Source: an uncultured Actinomycetes bacterium (GTDB lineage: Bacteria > Actinomycetota > Thermoleophilia > RBG-16-64-13). Taken from it: a DNA stretch of 64,000 nt. A program made the position numbers and the translations under genes. A model generated the notes under the pieces. The model was not told where the DNA came from and did no database searches. It saw only the letters and a program-made list of their open reading frames with translations. The stretch lies in contig CAVZIK010000006.1 of assembly GCA_963775295.1 (NCBI GenBank), positions 1,887,602-1,951,601 on the forward strand. Reading direction: 5' to 3'. Below are positions 1-9,307 of the stretch, in pieces; position 1 is the stretch's first letter, and every line of letters begins with the position of its first letter.

Positions 1-124
1 TGCGCGGAGGCCGCGGTGGTCGATCCCCGGGGTCACGGGGCGGTCATTGTCGAGATGAAGCGGCGGGTGCCTGCCGGGCCCGTCGACGTCCAAAGCTGGC
101 TGAAAGCCGACTATTCCATGGTGA

Positions 125-1135
125 CTACGCCAGCGAACTGATGAGTGCCGGCACGACCGCTTTCCAGTCGTCCACAATGCCATAGTCGGCAAATGTGAAG
201 ATATCCGCTTTAGGATCTTTGTTGATGGCCACGATCACCTTGGAACTTGAGCAGCCGGCCATGTGCTGGCTGGCCCCGGACATGGCGACCGCGATATACA
301 GATCGGGGCTGACGATCTTGCCTGTAATGCCAATCTGTTGGCTGTCCGATGCCCACCCGGCATCGCACGGCGGGCGGGTCGCTCCAACGGCGCCGTGAAG
401 CAGGCCGGCCAACTCCGCAAGCTGTTGGAAGCCGGAAACACCTCCCACGCCCCGTCCTCCTGCCACGATGACCCTGGCCTCCTCCAGCTTGATACCGGCG
501 GTTGGCTCGACCTTCCTGTCCCGCACAGTGGCTCTGGGTGCAGACGGTACGATAGCGGCGGTGACATCGATCACTTGCCCCTGCAGTGCGTCGTCCCTGA
601 CCGCCGGAGCCATCGCCTTAAGCCTGATGGTAGCTACTTGGGGGTCGGTGCGGCAGGTCTGCACCGCCTGTGCATTGCCGCCGTATACCGGGCGCGTCAT
701 CAGCAGACGACCGGACTCTGGATGAACCTCCAATGCCATGCAGTCCATGGTTGCCCCGGTGTTGAAACGGAGAGCCAGCCAAGGCGCCAGGTCACGGCCC
801 AGTGGGGTCTGGCCCAGAAGTATGACGGTCGGAGGAGCCTGCTGAATGACCGTCTCCATGGCCTGAAGATAGGGTTCCGTGGCGTAATCGTTCAAGAAAG
901 GCGCGTCGACGACATAGACGCGGCTGGCACCGTAGGCGACAGCCTCCTCGGCCAACCCACGGACGCCGGCGCCGATGAGTACAGCGCTCAGTTGCTGTCC
1001 CAGCGCGGCCGCTAGACGGTTCCCGGCCCCGAGAGCCTCGGCGGCCACCGGCGCCAGTCTGCCGTCGCTGACCTCACAGTGTACTAGCACTCCACTACCG
1101 GTCTGCATCTCCATGTCAGCCCCCATTCTGGTCAC
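125..1135 (-). CDS. etfA: Electron transfer flavoprotein alpha subunit (EtfA). The true start is probably an internal ATG near 1114 (MEMQTGS...).
   Basis: The 336-aa translation has the FAD-binding C-terminal domain (…PDLYIAVAMSGASQHMAGC…IVAINKDP…). It lies immediately downstream of etfB on the same strand, a 6-nt gap. Confidence 0.9.
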   Translation of the reverse strand: MTRMGADMEMQTGSGVLVHCEVSDGRLAPVAAEALGAGNRLAAALGQQLSAVLIGAGVRGLAEEAVAYGASRVYVVDAPFLNDYATEPYLQAMETVIQQAPPTVILLGQTPLGRDLAPWLALRFNTGATMDCMALEVHPESGRLLMTRPVYGGNAQAVQTCRTDPQVATIRLKAMAPAVRDDALQGQVIDVTAAIVPSAPRATVRDRKVEPTAGIKLEEARVIVAGGRGVGGVSGFQQLAELAGLLHGAVGATRPPCDAGWASDSQQIGITGKIVSPDLYIAVAMSGASQHMAGCSSSKVIVAINKDPKADIFTFADYGIVDDWKAVVPALISSLA

Positions 1136-1141
1136 GGCGCC

Positions 1142-1948
1142 TCAAATCACTTTGGTCTCTCGCAGCCGCACAAGGAGCTGTCTGGCCTTCTCTTCGGGGT
1201 CGGCCCCCTCGAGGATCTCGCACGAGCCCTCGTGTACAGGGGTTTCCATCGTAAGAATCTCGAATCTGTTCGTCTCACCGAGCGCGATTCCCAGGTCCTC
1301 CGCGGTCCAGGTGGTAGTAGGCTTCTGGCCCGCGGACATGAATGCTTCCACTCCAGGCTCTCGCAGGGAACCGACCTCGTAGGTTGTCGTGACCACCGCC
1401 GGACACGGCACCTCAATCACCTCGTAACCGTCGGGCAACGACCTCTCGACGATGACCTTGTCGCCCTCCACCCCAACCTTGCGGGCGGCGGTAATGCAAG
1501 GAATGCCGAGCAGACCAGCGATGTAGGTGCCGACTTGCCCCGTGTTGGTATCAGCCGCCTGCAGCCCGCATAGGACCAGATCGAACGGCCTCAGCTTGCC
1601 GATGGCAGTGGCGATGGCCGAGGCCGTGAGGTAAGTGTCAAAGTCGTCGAAAGCGCCATCCTGAAGGAGGACAAGCCGGTCAGCCCCGGCGGCGAGAGGC
1701 GCGGTGACCACAGCTTTGACAAACTTCTTACCCAGGCTGATTACCGTGACCGTGGCCCCGTGAGCGTCTTTGATCTGAAGAGCGGCTTCCAGAGCGCTCT
1801 CGTCAAAGGGGCTCAGGACCGGCGGCGTAGCTTTCGGCGGGATCGCAGTTCTAGCCTCTGAATCAATGTGAAAGAGCGACAAAGGGATTTCTGGATCGAG
1901 CACCTGTTTCATGCACACTATTAGGTTCTTCAACGCTGCCTCGCTCAT
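1142..1948 (-). CDS. etfB: Electron transfer flavoprotein beta subunit (EtfB)
   Basis: The 268-aa translation has the typical EtfB N-terminus (MKQVLDPEIP…) and the VISLGKK…LVLCG…DTNTGQVG motifs. It sits in an operon with etfA. Confidence 0.9.
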   Translation of the reverse strand: MSEAALKNLIVCMKQVLDPEIPLSLFHIDSEARTAIPPKATPPVLSPFDESALEAALQIKDAHGATVTVISLGKKFVKAVVTAPLAAGADRLVLLQDGAFDDFDTYLTASAIATAIGKLRPFDLVLCGLQAADTNTGQVGTYIAGLLGIPCITAARKVGVEGDKVIVERSLPDGYEVIEVPCPAVVTTTYEVGSLREPGVEAFMSAGQKPTTTWTAEDLGIALGETNRFEILTMETPVHEGSCEILEGADPEEKARQLLVRLRETKVI

Positions 1949-2219
1949 CTGGTATCAAATGGCCGATCAATCCTGCCTAGTAAATCCACCAAGAGGATCT
2001 TTCCGGATTCATCCGGATGGCATAAGATCCGACGCTCCTTCGTGGGCAATATCTTAGTTGTTCCCTGTCATGAGAACGACCACAACTTAAACACGATTAT
2101 CCAAGCTGTCAAGCTGGTGGCGAGCATCTTGCCCCGGAAAAACACCCCTGCCTCCTGTAGCGAAGGCTCTCGTCTATTTTTTATGGCTCACCTCTTGCAC
2201 TGTTCCCAATTTGCGATAG

Positions 2220-2261
2220 AGTAGCGCTCGCTAGTAGCAAATGCTAGTAGCGAGCGCTACT
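2220..2261. promoter_or_regulatory. Perfect 42-bp inverted repeat (AGTAGCGCTCGCTAGTAGCA-AAT-GCTAGTAGCGAGCGCTACT). It lies in the 650-bp divergent intergenic region between etfB and the GlcD-like oxidase operon and is a candidate operator.
   Basis: Read directly from the sequence: 19-20-nt arms that are perfectly complementary around a 2-3-nt centre. It lies upstream of both divergent operons, next to an AT-rich stretch (2040-2225). Confidence 0.5.
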
Positions 2262-2617
2262 TACCAGGGGGGGTGCGCGAGCATGTCTGGTCGGTGCAAG
2301 GAGCAGGCGGGGAAGAGGATCCATCGCATCAGCGACGTGATGCGTCTCCGACGGCCAGAGCGTCTCTCGCTCATGATGCCTGTCGGTATGACGCTTGCCC
2401 GGTTGGGCGGCGTCACCAGTCTGTTCTCATCCGACACCATTTCCGGGCCGGCGCCGTCGGATCCCAGCCAATCCTGTCCCACAGCTACTTCCCGCGGACT
2501 ATCGCTGCTTTGGAAGGCTTCGTCTTGAGGTCCCGCGCCTCCTTGAGATCAAGCGGTTTTGTCGATCATGGGCTCTGCATGTAGCGCACTATTCGCACTG
2601 TGACAGGGAGGCCAAGC

Positions 2618-4093
2618 ATGGCTAAGGACGATCTCGTCGGCATCGTTGGCATGGAGAACATCCGGGATGACCCGGCCGTTCTGGAGGAGTACTCCGGTGG
2701 GTCTACGGAGAACACCCCAGTCGCCGTGGTCAGTCCGGCCAGCACCGACGAGGTCCAGCGGGTCGTCAAGTGGGCCAATGAAAGCCAGACTCCGCTTATA
2801 CCGGTGAGTTCAGGACCGCCCCATTTTCGGGGCGGGACCGTGCCCGGCATCAAGGGAGGCGTCGTCGTCGACCTGCGAAGGATGAACAGGATCATCCGCG
2901 TGGACGCCCATAATCGCGTCGCGATTGTTGAGCCGGGGGTCACCTTCGGCCAGCTTCAGTCCGAGCTTGCCACTAGCGGTCTCTCTGCCTACATGCCACT
3001 CCTTCCCCGTGCCTCCAAATCCGTGCTGGCCAGCGCTCTTGAACGTGACCCCATCCTGATGCCGAGCGTTCACTTTGACAGCACCGACCCGATGCTCTGC
3101 ACGGAGGTCGTGTTCGGCTCGGGTGACTATATGAGAACCGGCGAAGCCGCTGGGCCGGACACCCTGGAGCAGCAGTGGGAGATCAGCAAAGCGCAGATCA
3201 GCCCCTTCGGGCCCACCCAGATGGATCCGCAGAGGCTGCTGTCGGGCGCGCAGGGGACCATCGGTGTCGTCACCTGGATGTCCTTGAAGTGCCGGGAGAC
3301 GTCGGAACTCTATCGAGCATTCATGATCCCATCCGACAGCTTGGAGCCCTTGATCGAGCTTAGCTACCACCTGTCACGAATCCGCTTCACCGGCAAGATC
3401 TTCATCCTCAACGGGCTTAACCTCGCCGCCATAACCGGTGACGATCCTCGGGAGATAGCCGACTCGCGCGGTGGCTTACCCGCCTGGGTCATGTTTGTCG
3501 GCTTCGAGGGCTGCGGGCTCTTGCCGGAGGAAAAGGTCCAGTATCTGTCGGACGACCTTGGAGAACTGGCGGCTTCGTACGGCCTGCAACCCCAAACCGA
3601 GATCTCCGGAATCAAGGCGGAAGATTTCTACCTTCTCTTGATGGGACCTTCGACAGATCCCTACTGGAAGCTGAAATACAGGGGAGGCTTCGAAGATATC
3701 TTCTTCCTCAGCACGCAGGGCAAGACTCCAGAGCTCTCCGGAGTGATCCTGCAACTGGCCAGGCAGCTGGGATTCTCTCCCGAGAACATCGGCGCGTACA
3801 TCCAGCCGGTTGCACAGGGCACCAGCTGCCACTGCGAGTTCAACCTTTACTTCGATCCAGCAGATGACGCCGAATCAGATCTGATGCGCCGTTTGGAAGC
3901 TGAGGCAGTTGATCGCCTAGAAGAAGCGGGCGCCTTTTTCTCCAGGCCATACCCGGGATGGGTCGAGGTGGCGTACCGGCGTTCCCCCGACACCGCTGCC
4001 ATGCAGAAGAAGGTCAAGGACATCTTCGACCCCAACTGGATACTCAATCCTGGCAAGTTGTGCTTCGGGCCGGGCGAACTGAGGGGGAACTGA
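2618..4093 (+). CDS. FAD-binding (PCMH-type) oxidase, GlcD / D-2-hydroxyacid dehydrogenase-like
   Basis: FAD-binding domain motifs (VVSPASTDEVQRVVKWANE…PVSSGPPHFRGG) in a ~490-aa product. GGGAGG lies 5 nt before the ATG at 2618. The ORF track begins at 2600. Confidence 0.85.
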   Translation: MAKDDLVGIVGMENIRDDPAVLEEYSGGSTENTPVAVVSPASTDEVQRVVKWANESQTPLIPVSSGPPHFRGGTVPGIKGGVVVDLRRMNRIIRVDAHNRVAIVEPGVTFGQLQSELATSGLSAYMPLLPRASKSVLASALERDPILMPSVHFDSTDPMLCTEVVFGSGDYMRTGEAAGPDTLEQQWEISKAQISPFGPTQMDPQRLLSGAQGTIGVVTWMSLKCRETSELYRAFMIPSDSLEPLIELSYHLSRIRFTGKIFILNGLNLAAITGDDPREIADSRGGLPAWVMFVGFEGCGLLPEEKVQYLSDDLGELAASYGLQPQTEISGIKAEDFYLLLMGPSTDPYWKLKYRGGFEDIFFLSTQGKTPELSGVILQLARQLGFSPENIGAYIQPVAQGTSCHCEFNLYFDPADDAESDLMRRLEAEAVDRLEEAGAFFSRPYPGWVEVAYRRSPDTAAMQKKVKDIFDPNWILNPGKLCFGPGELRGN

Positions 4094-4094
4094 G

Positions 4095-5372
4095 ATGGCC
4101 TGGCAGGATTTCAAACATGATATGGAGCGCTGCACTCGCTGTTCGTACTGCAAATACATACCGTGGCGCTTCATCAAGGACTTCAACTATATGGAAGGCT
4201 GCCCGTCCGCTGCCAGGTACCACTGGCATGCCTTTGCGGCCGGCGGCAAGTACAACCTCTCATATGCTTTGATGCAGGGCGCCATCGAGATCGACGACAC
4301 CTTCCTGGACGTGGTGTACAGGTGCATGATGGACGGCTCCTGCGATATCGCCTGCAAGGTACAGCAGGATATCGAGCCGCTGCAGCACATGCAGGAACTC
4401 AGGATCGAATGCGTCGACCAAGGCTATCTGTTGCCCCAACATCAGCCCTATCTCAGAAGCCTGCGCAACGAAGACAACATGTTGCTCAAGCCGCGGGCGG
4501 AACGGGGAGATTGGGCGGCCGACCTCGACGTCAAACGGGTCACCCAAGAAAGCGCCGAAGTCGTGTACTTCGCCGGCTGCCGCTATTCCTATGACCAGGA
4601 ACTGTGGCCGATAGCCCGTGCAGGTGTGACGCTGCTGCAGTCGGCCGGAATAGATGTAGGCATTCTGGGGGCCGACGAAGCCTGCTGCGCGGGGCGCGCG
4701 TACGAAATGGGTTACGAAGGTGAGTTGACCAAGTTCGCTGAACACCATGCCGACACCCTCAAAACGGTGGGCGCCAAGACGCTGGTCACGCCTTGCTCAG
4801 ACTGCTACGGCACCTTCAAGGTCCTTTACGACAAGATCGGGAAGGACACAGGGGTCGAGGTCTACCACATCACTCAGTACCTGGAGAAGTTGATCCAGGA
4901 AGGCACGCTGCGGTTGAAGAAGCCCCTCGACCTCAAGGTGACCTATCACGACCCCTGCCATCTTGGCCGTTTGGGCGAACCGTGGATTCACTGGGAAGGG
5001 AAGGAATACAAGCCCGCGGGCATGCAGATCTGGCTGCACGATCCTCCCAAGAAGTATCGTCGGGGGACCAACGGTGTCTACGACACCCCCAGGAACATCA
5101 TCAAGAGCGTCCCGGGCGTGGAACTCGTTGAGATGTACCGCACCAGGGAGTACGCGTGGTGCTGCGGCGCCGGCGGCGGTGTGATCGACGCCTACCCGGA
5201 CTTTGCCGAGTGGGCGGCTACTGAGAGGCTCAAAGAGGCCAAGGCGGTTGGCGCCGAGGCGATCGTCAGCGCCTGCGGCTGGTGCAAGAGGAACTTCCTC
5301 AACGCAGCTAGACAGACCGGCGACGAGATCAAGGTCCTGGACATCATCGAACTGGTGCAGGAATCCATTTGA
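4095..5372 (+). CDS. Fe-S oxidoreductase with cysteine-rich CCG domains (GlcF / HdrD-like)
   Basis: Has a CTRCSYCKY ferredoxin-like motif and two CCG-type motifs (CSDCYGTF, …WCCGAGGG…). It is transcribed together with the flanking FAD oxidases. Confidence 0.85.
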   Translation: MAWQDFKHDMERCTRCSYCKYIPWRFIKDFNYMEGCPSAARYHWHAFAAGGKYNLSYALMQGAIEIDDTFLDVVYRCMMDGSCDIACKVQQDIEPLQHMQELRIECVDQGYLLPQHQPYLRSLRNEDNMLLKPRAERGDWAADLDVKRVTQESAEVVYFAGCRYSYDQELWPIARAGVTLLQSAGIDVGILGADEACCAGRAYEMGYEGELTKFAEHHADTLKTVGAKTLVTPCSDCYGTFKVLYDKIGKDTGVEVYHITQYLEKLIQEGTLRLKKPLDLKVTYHDPCHLGRLGEPWIHWEGKEYKPAGMQIWLHDPPKKYRRGTNGVYDTPRNIIKSVPGVELVEMYRTREYAWCCGAGGGVIDAYPDFAEWAATERLKEAKAVGAEAIVSACGWCKRNFLNAARQTGDEIKVLDIIELVQESI

Positions 5373-5406
5373 CGCCTCGGGCGAGGAAGCGGTGAGGAGC
5401 CTAGCG

Positions 5407-7020
5407 ATGAGATTGACTCAAGAAGAATACAAAGCACTGGAAGAAATCGTCGGCCCTGAGTACATCACTCAGGACCCCGTAATCATGGAGAGCTACTGCC
5501 AGGTCTGGGGCAACAAGGTGCAGTTCGGCGACAAGCGACACCGTCCGCCGGCTGCCGTGGTCTTGCCGGGAAGTACCGAAGAGATACAGGCGATCGTGCG
5601 GTTCTGCAATCAAGCCGGCATCTTGTTCAAACCCTCGGCCCGCGCCTTTGAATACGTGGCCACCTACCTCAGCGACGATCGCGGGATCCTGCTTGAGCTG
5701 AAGAGACTCAACCGCATACTGGAGATCGACCCCAAGAACATGCACGCGGTGGTCGAACCGTTCGTGACGGTCTATCAACTCATCGACGCCGCTAGCAAGC
5801 AGGGCTTCTACGTGGGCAAGCCGGGAGTGGGATACAGCGCCGCGGTGATCTCGCTGGCCTGCTGTCACCAGGAGATGACCATCTCCCAGCTCTTCACCAG
5901 CGGCTACGGGCGCAACGTGCTGGGTGCAGAGTGGGTCCTGCCGACGGGGGACATCCTGAACTTGGGTACGGCCAACCGAGAAGGAGGCTGGTTCTCGGGG
6001 GATGGGCCGGGCTTCAGCTTGAGGGGCATCCTGCGCGGGCGTGCCGGAGCCAACGGCGGGCATGGAGTCATCACCAAGTGTTCGGTGAAGCTCTATCCCT
6101 GGAACGCCCCCGCGCCCACGCAGTACCGATTGACAAGGGAGTCGGGCCAAGCCCTCTCGGCCGCCCAAATTGAGAAGGTGCCCGACACCTATCGCGTGAA
6201 CGTACTTACCTTCCCGGACACCGAGAAGATGATGAGGGCCGCTCAAGACATCGGCCACGCCGAGATCGCCTGCATTGTAGCCCCTGCCTATCTCAACACC
6301 GGCTTTCATCAGGAGGGCAACGACGAACAGTGGGCCAGTATGCGGGTCTCGCCCCCCGACCCGGACAAGATCGCGAGGACGGTGCCCGTGTTTGTCACCG
6401 GCCACTCGGCTCGGGAGCTTGAATATCGGGAAAAGGCCGTGATGTCGGCCATGGAGAAATGGGGCGGCCACCTCGACCCCGCGTGGAACAACGAGAAGAC
6501 AAAGGCGCAGATTTTCATGTACCAGATATGGTCCACAGGCGTAACGCTGAGGGCCACCGGTGACTTCATGTTGTCCACCCAGGGGACCGACGGCAGCCTG
6601 GAAAGTCAGCTGAAATATCGCGCCATAGAGTTCCAGGCTCTCCAACCCTTTGTTGAGGCAGGCGATACCGTCCACCCCAACATGGGCATGTCGTACCGTC
6701 CCATGGAGCACTTCTCACTTGGCTTCTCAGGCGGCATCGCCATGGGCATCGATCCCTGGGACCCCATATCGTACGCAGCGGCCAAGAAGTACTTGGACAT
6801 AGTCTACGACCCCGACGGGCCCTGCCGGAGCTTCGGATACACAAATCGGGGAGCCATGATGCAGGTGGAGGATATCGAGCATATCCACGAGAAGTGGGGC
6901 CCCATGTACGATCACGCCGATCTCTGGCTGCAAAAGGTGAGGAACATGCTCGACCCCAATCGCGTGGCTGATTGGTCGGCATACATACCGCCGGAGTACA
7001 GCAGCAACGAAACCAAATAG
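5407..7020 (+). CDS. Second FAD-linked oxidase (GlcD/GlcE-like paralogue)
   Basis: FAD_binding_4-like N-terminus (…AAVVLPGSTEEIQAIVRFCNQAGILFKP…). The ORF track starts at 5203, which overlaps the preceding gene. The ATG at 5407 (MRLTQEEYK) is the likely start. Confidence 0.8.
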   Translation: MRLTQEEYKALEEIVGPEYITQDPVIMESYCQVWGNKVQFGDKRHRPPAAVVLPGSTEEIQAIVRFCNQAGILFKPSARAFEYVATYLSDDRGILLELKRLNRILEIDPKNMHAVVEPFVTVYQLIDAASKQGFYVGKPGVGYSAAVISLACCHQEMTISQLFTSGYGRNVLGAEWVLPTGDILNLGTANREGGWFSGDGPGFSLRGILRGRAGANGGHGVITKCSVKLYPWNAPAPTQYRLTRESGQALSAAQIEKVPDTYRVNVLTFPDTEKMMRAAQDIGHAEIACIVAPAYLNTGFHQEGNDEQWASMRVSPPDPDKIARTVPVFVTGHSARELEYREKAVMSAMEKWGGHLDPAWNNEKTKAQIFMYQIWSTGVTLRATGDFMLSTQGTDGSLESQLKYRAIEFQALQPFVEAGDTVHPNMGMSYRPMEHFSLGFSGGIAMGIDPWDPISYAAAKKYLDIVYDPDGPCRSFGYTNRGAMMQVEDIEHIHEKWGPMYDHADLWLQKVRNMLDPNRVADWSAYIPPEYSSNETK

Positions 7021-7070
7021 AAGGACTGACTGGTCTTGAGGCGGGCAAAAGCTACGAAAGGGGATCAGAG

Positions 7071-7859
7071 ATGTTGTTGAAGGACAGAGTGGCTATCGTC
7101 ACCGGGTCGGCCAAAGGCATGGGCCAGGGCATCGCCCTCAAGTACGCCGACGAGGGCTGCAACGTGGCCGTCGTCGACATTGACGCAGCCATGGCTGAAG
7201 AAACGGCCGCCCAGATAGCGGCGAAAGGTGTCGAAGGACTGGCGTTGCCCTGTGACGTCACTGACATCAACCAGGTGCGGGCCGCCGTGCAGGCCGTCGC
7301 CGACAAGTTCGGCAAGATCGACATCCTGGTCAACAACGCTGGGGCCATCGCTAAACACATGAACATCGAGGACATGCCGGAAGAGGCCTGGGACAAAGTC
7401 CAAGCCCTCAACATCAAGAGCCATTTCCTCTTCTGCAAGTTCGTCGTCCCGTACATGAAGCAGGCGAGGTTCGGCAAGATCATCGGCATGTCGTCCATCG
7501 GTGCCGTTCTGCCGCCCGCCCACGAGATCAACTACAACACGGCCAAAGGCGCAGTCATGGCTTTCACCAACGACCTGGCCACCGCCTTGGCCCCATACAA
7601 CATCAACGTCAACTGCATACTGCCCGGCCCGATCAAGACCCATTTCTATGATGGCCTGTTCGGTACCGTGTCCGAGGCGGAGATGGAAGAGATATTCGCA
7701 GGCATCGGCAGAAAGACGCCGCTACAGCGGATGGGCACTTCGGAGGATATAGCCGGGGCCGCGCTGTTCCTAGCCTCGGAGCTATCGTCCTACATCACCG
7801 GTCATCCCCTGTACGTGACCGGCGGTCTGCCGTTGCAACCCACCGGACCGGCTCACTAG
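7071..7859 (+). CDS. Short-chain dehydrogenase/reductase (SDR) family oxidoreductase
   Basis: Has the TGSAKGMG Rossmann motif, NNAG, and the S…Y…K catalytic triad pattern. A GGGGA RBS precedes the ATG at 7071. Confidence 0.85.
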   Translation: MLLKDRVAIVTGSAKGMGQGIALKYADEGCNVAVVDIDAAMAEETAAQIAAKGVEGLALPCDVTDINQVRAAVQAVADKFGKIDILVNNAGAIAKHMNIEDMPEEAWDKVQALNIKSHFLFCKFVVPYMKQARFGKIIGMSSIGAVLPPAHEINYNTAKGAVMAFTNDLATALAPYNINVNCILPGPIKTHFYDGLFGTVSEAEMEEIFAGIGRKTPLQRMGTSEDIAGAALFLASELSSYITGHPLYVTGGLPLQPTGPAH

Positions 7860-7861
7860 TC

Positions 7862-9259
7862 ATGGGGGCTTCTACGGCCGGTAGCGCAATCACCGCCATG
7901 GATAGGATCATTGCCAATATTCTGGAAGCGGAGTTTGAGGCAGTTGATCGAGAAACGCTGCAGAATGCCAAGGATCGTATCATCGACACGGTGGGCTGCC
8001 TCATCGGCGGTGCCGGCGACCCCAGCAATCCCGAACTCGTCAGACTCATCCTGGACTTTGGGGGCAAGCCGGAAGCGACGATCTTCATGTACGGCGGCAA
8101 AGTCCCCGCCTCCCATGCCGCTATGGTCAACTGCATCCTCTGCCGTTCCTTCGACTTCGAACCCGTAAGTCCGGTGGTGGAAGACCACATCGCCCCGGGT
8201 CACGTGTCCGGCACGACCGTTATGACCGCCCTCACTCTGGGTGAGGCTGTCGGCGCCGGCGGCCGCGAAATAATCACGGCCATGCTGTTGGGAGACGATC
8301 TGGCGGCGCGCTTGCTCAACACGTGCGAGTTCACTCTCACGCTGGGCTGGGATGGAAACGGTACGGCCAACGCCTTGGGGGCCACGGCCATCGCCGGGCG
8401 TCTCATGGGGCTGAACGAGAAGCAGCTGAGGAATGCGTTCGGATTGGTGCTGAGCCAGCTGAGCGGCAGCGCGCAGAACATCACGGAATCGACTTCAGCC
8501 TTTAAGCTGCCCCTCGGTCTGGCCGCCCGCAACGCCATCTTTTCCACGGAACTCGCCGCCGCCGGCTGGACCGCTCCGAAAGACGCGCTACTGGGACAAT
8601 TCGGCTACTACGACCTATTCACGAGCGGTATCCGCAACGAAGAGCTCTTGACCAAGGACCTGGGCAAGAGGTTCTGGGGCGACAGGACCTTCAAGCCTTA
8701 CCCGTGCTGCCGCGGCACACATGGGCCCATAGACTGCGCCCTCGACATTGTGAACAACCACGGCGTCGATCCCGACAGTATCGACGGGGTAATGCTGTAC
8801 TTGCCGGAAGGGGGACTGAACGGTGTCTTGGGCCAGCCCTGGGAGATCGGCGACTTTCCCCACGGCAACGCCATCTTCAGCTTCCGTTTCACCGTGGCCA
8901 CCGCTCTGCTGAGAGGTAGCGTGAAGCCGGAGCACTTCACCGAGGAGGCGATCCGCGATCTCAAGCTCGCCGAACTCATCGCAAAGATCGAATTTGCCGA
9001 CCTTCCGCCGGGAAAGACTGGCTTCGTCCTGAGGGTCCGCACGAAGGAAGGCGGCGAATACGAGGCCCAGAGCCAGATTCCCCGGGGGGACATTGCGGGC
9101 AATCCCTTGTCTCGCGATGAGCTGCTGGCAAAGTTCTGGGGGAACGTCGAATTTGCGCAGAAACATAAGAGGAGCGACGCGGAGGCGTTACTCCAGCTCC
9201 TGGAAGACCTAGAAGGGCAAGACGACATCAGCGAGGTAACGCGGCTACTGGTCCCATAG
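7862..9259 (+). CDS. MmgE/PrpD family protein (2-methylcitrate dehydratase / cis-aconitate decarboxylase superfamily)
   Basis: The 465-aa translation has an N-terminus typical of PrpD-family proteins (…NAKDRIIDTVGCLIGGA…). The gene is adjacent to the SDR gene with a 2-nt gap. Confidence 0.8.
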   Translation: MGASTAGSAITAMDRIIANILEAEFEAVDRETLQNAKDRIIDTVGCLIGGAGDPSNPELVRLILDFGGKPEATIFMYGGKVPASHAAMVNCILCRSFDFEPVSPVVEDHIAPGHVSGTTVMTALTLGEAVGAGGREIITAMLLGDDLAARLLNTCEFTLTLGWDGNGTANALGATAIAGRLMGLNEKQLRNAFGLVLSQLSGSAQNITESTSAFKLPLGLAARNAIFSTELAAAGWTAPKDALLGQFGYYDLFTSGIRNEELLTKDLGKRFWGDRTFKPYPCCRGTHGPIDCALDIVNNHGVDPDSIDGVMLYLPEGGLNGVLGQPWEIGDFPHGNAIFSFRFTVATALLRGSVKPEHFTEEAIRDLKLAELIAKIEFADLPPGKTGFVLRVRTKEGGEYEAQSQIPRGDIAGNPLSRDELLAKFWGNVEFAQKHKRSDAEALLQLLEDLEGQDDISEVTRLLVP

Positions 9260-9307
9260 TTTTCGGCACGAGCAGCACAACTGGACAGAGAGGGGGGTCT
9301 TCGTCGG

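Noticed and set aside
263-1015. Many long ORFs antisense to or out of frame with called genes. Examples are 263-1015(+), 5401-6711(-), 10262-11398(-), 16364-17113(-), 17034-17918(+), 17110-18003(-), 19613-20614(-), 25144-26259(+), 30797-31483(+), 33774-34598(-), 44060-45067(+), 44577-45161(-), 45258-45890(-) and 46595-47419(-).
   Set aside because: Their composition is Arg/Pro/Gly-rich, as expected for alternative frames of high-GC coding DNA. They have no RBS or domains. Each overlaps a gene with clear homology on the other frame or strand.
2042-2224. 60-aa ORF in the AT-rich island upstream of etfB
   Set aside because: Its composition is atypical for this genome. It has no RBS or recognisable fold. 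It is more likely regulatory DNA, part of a UP or nucleoid-binding region, than a gene. It is kept only as context for the palindrome finding.
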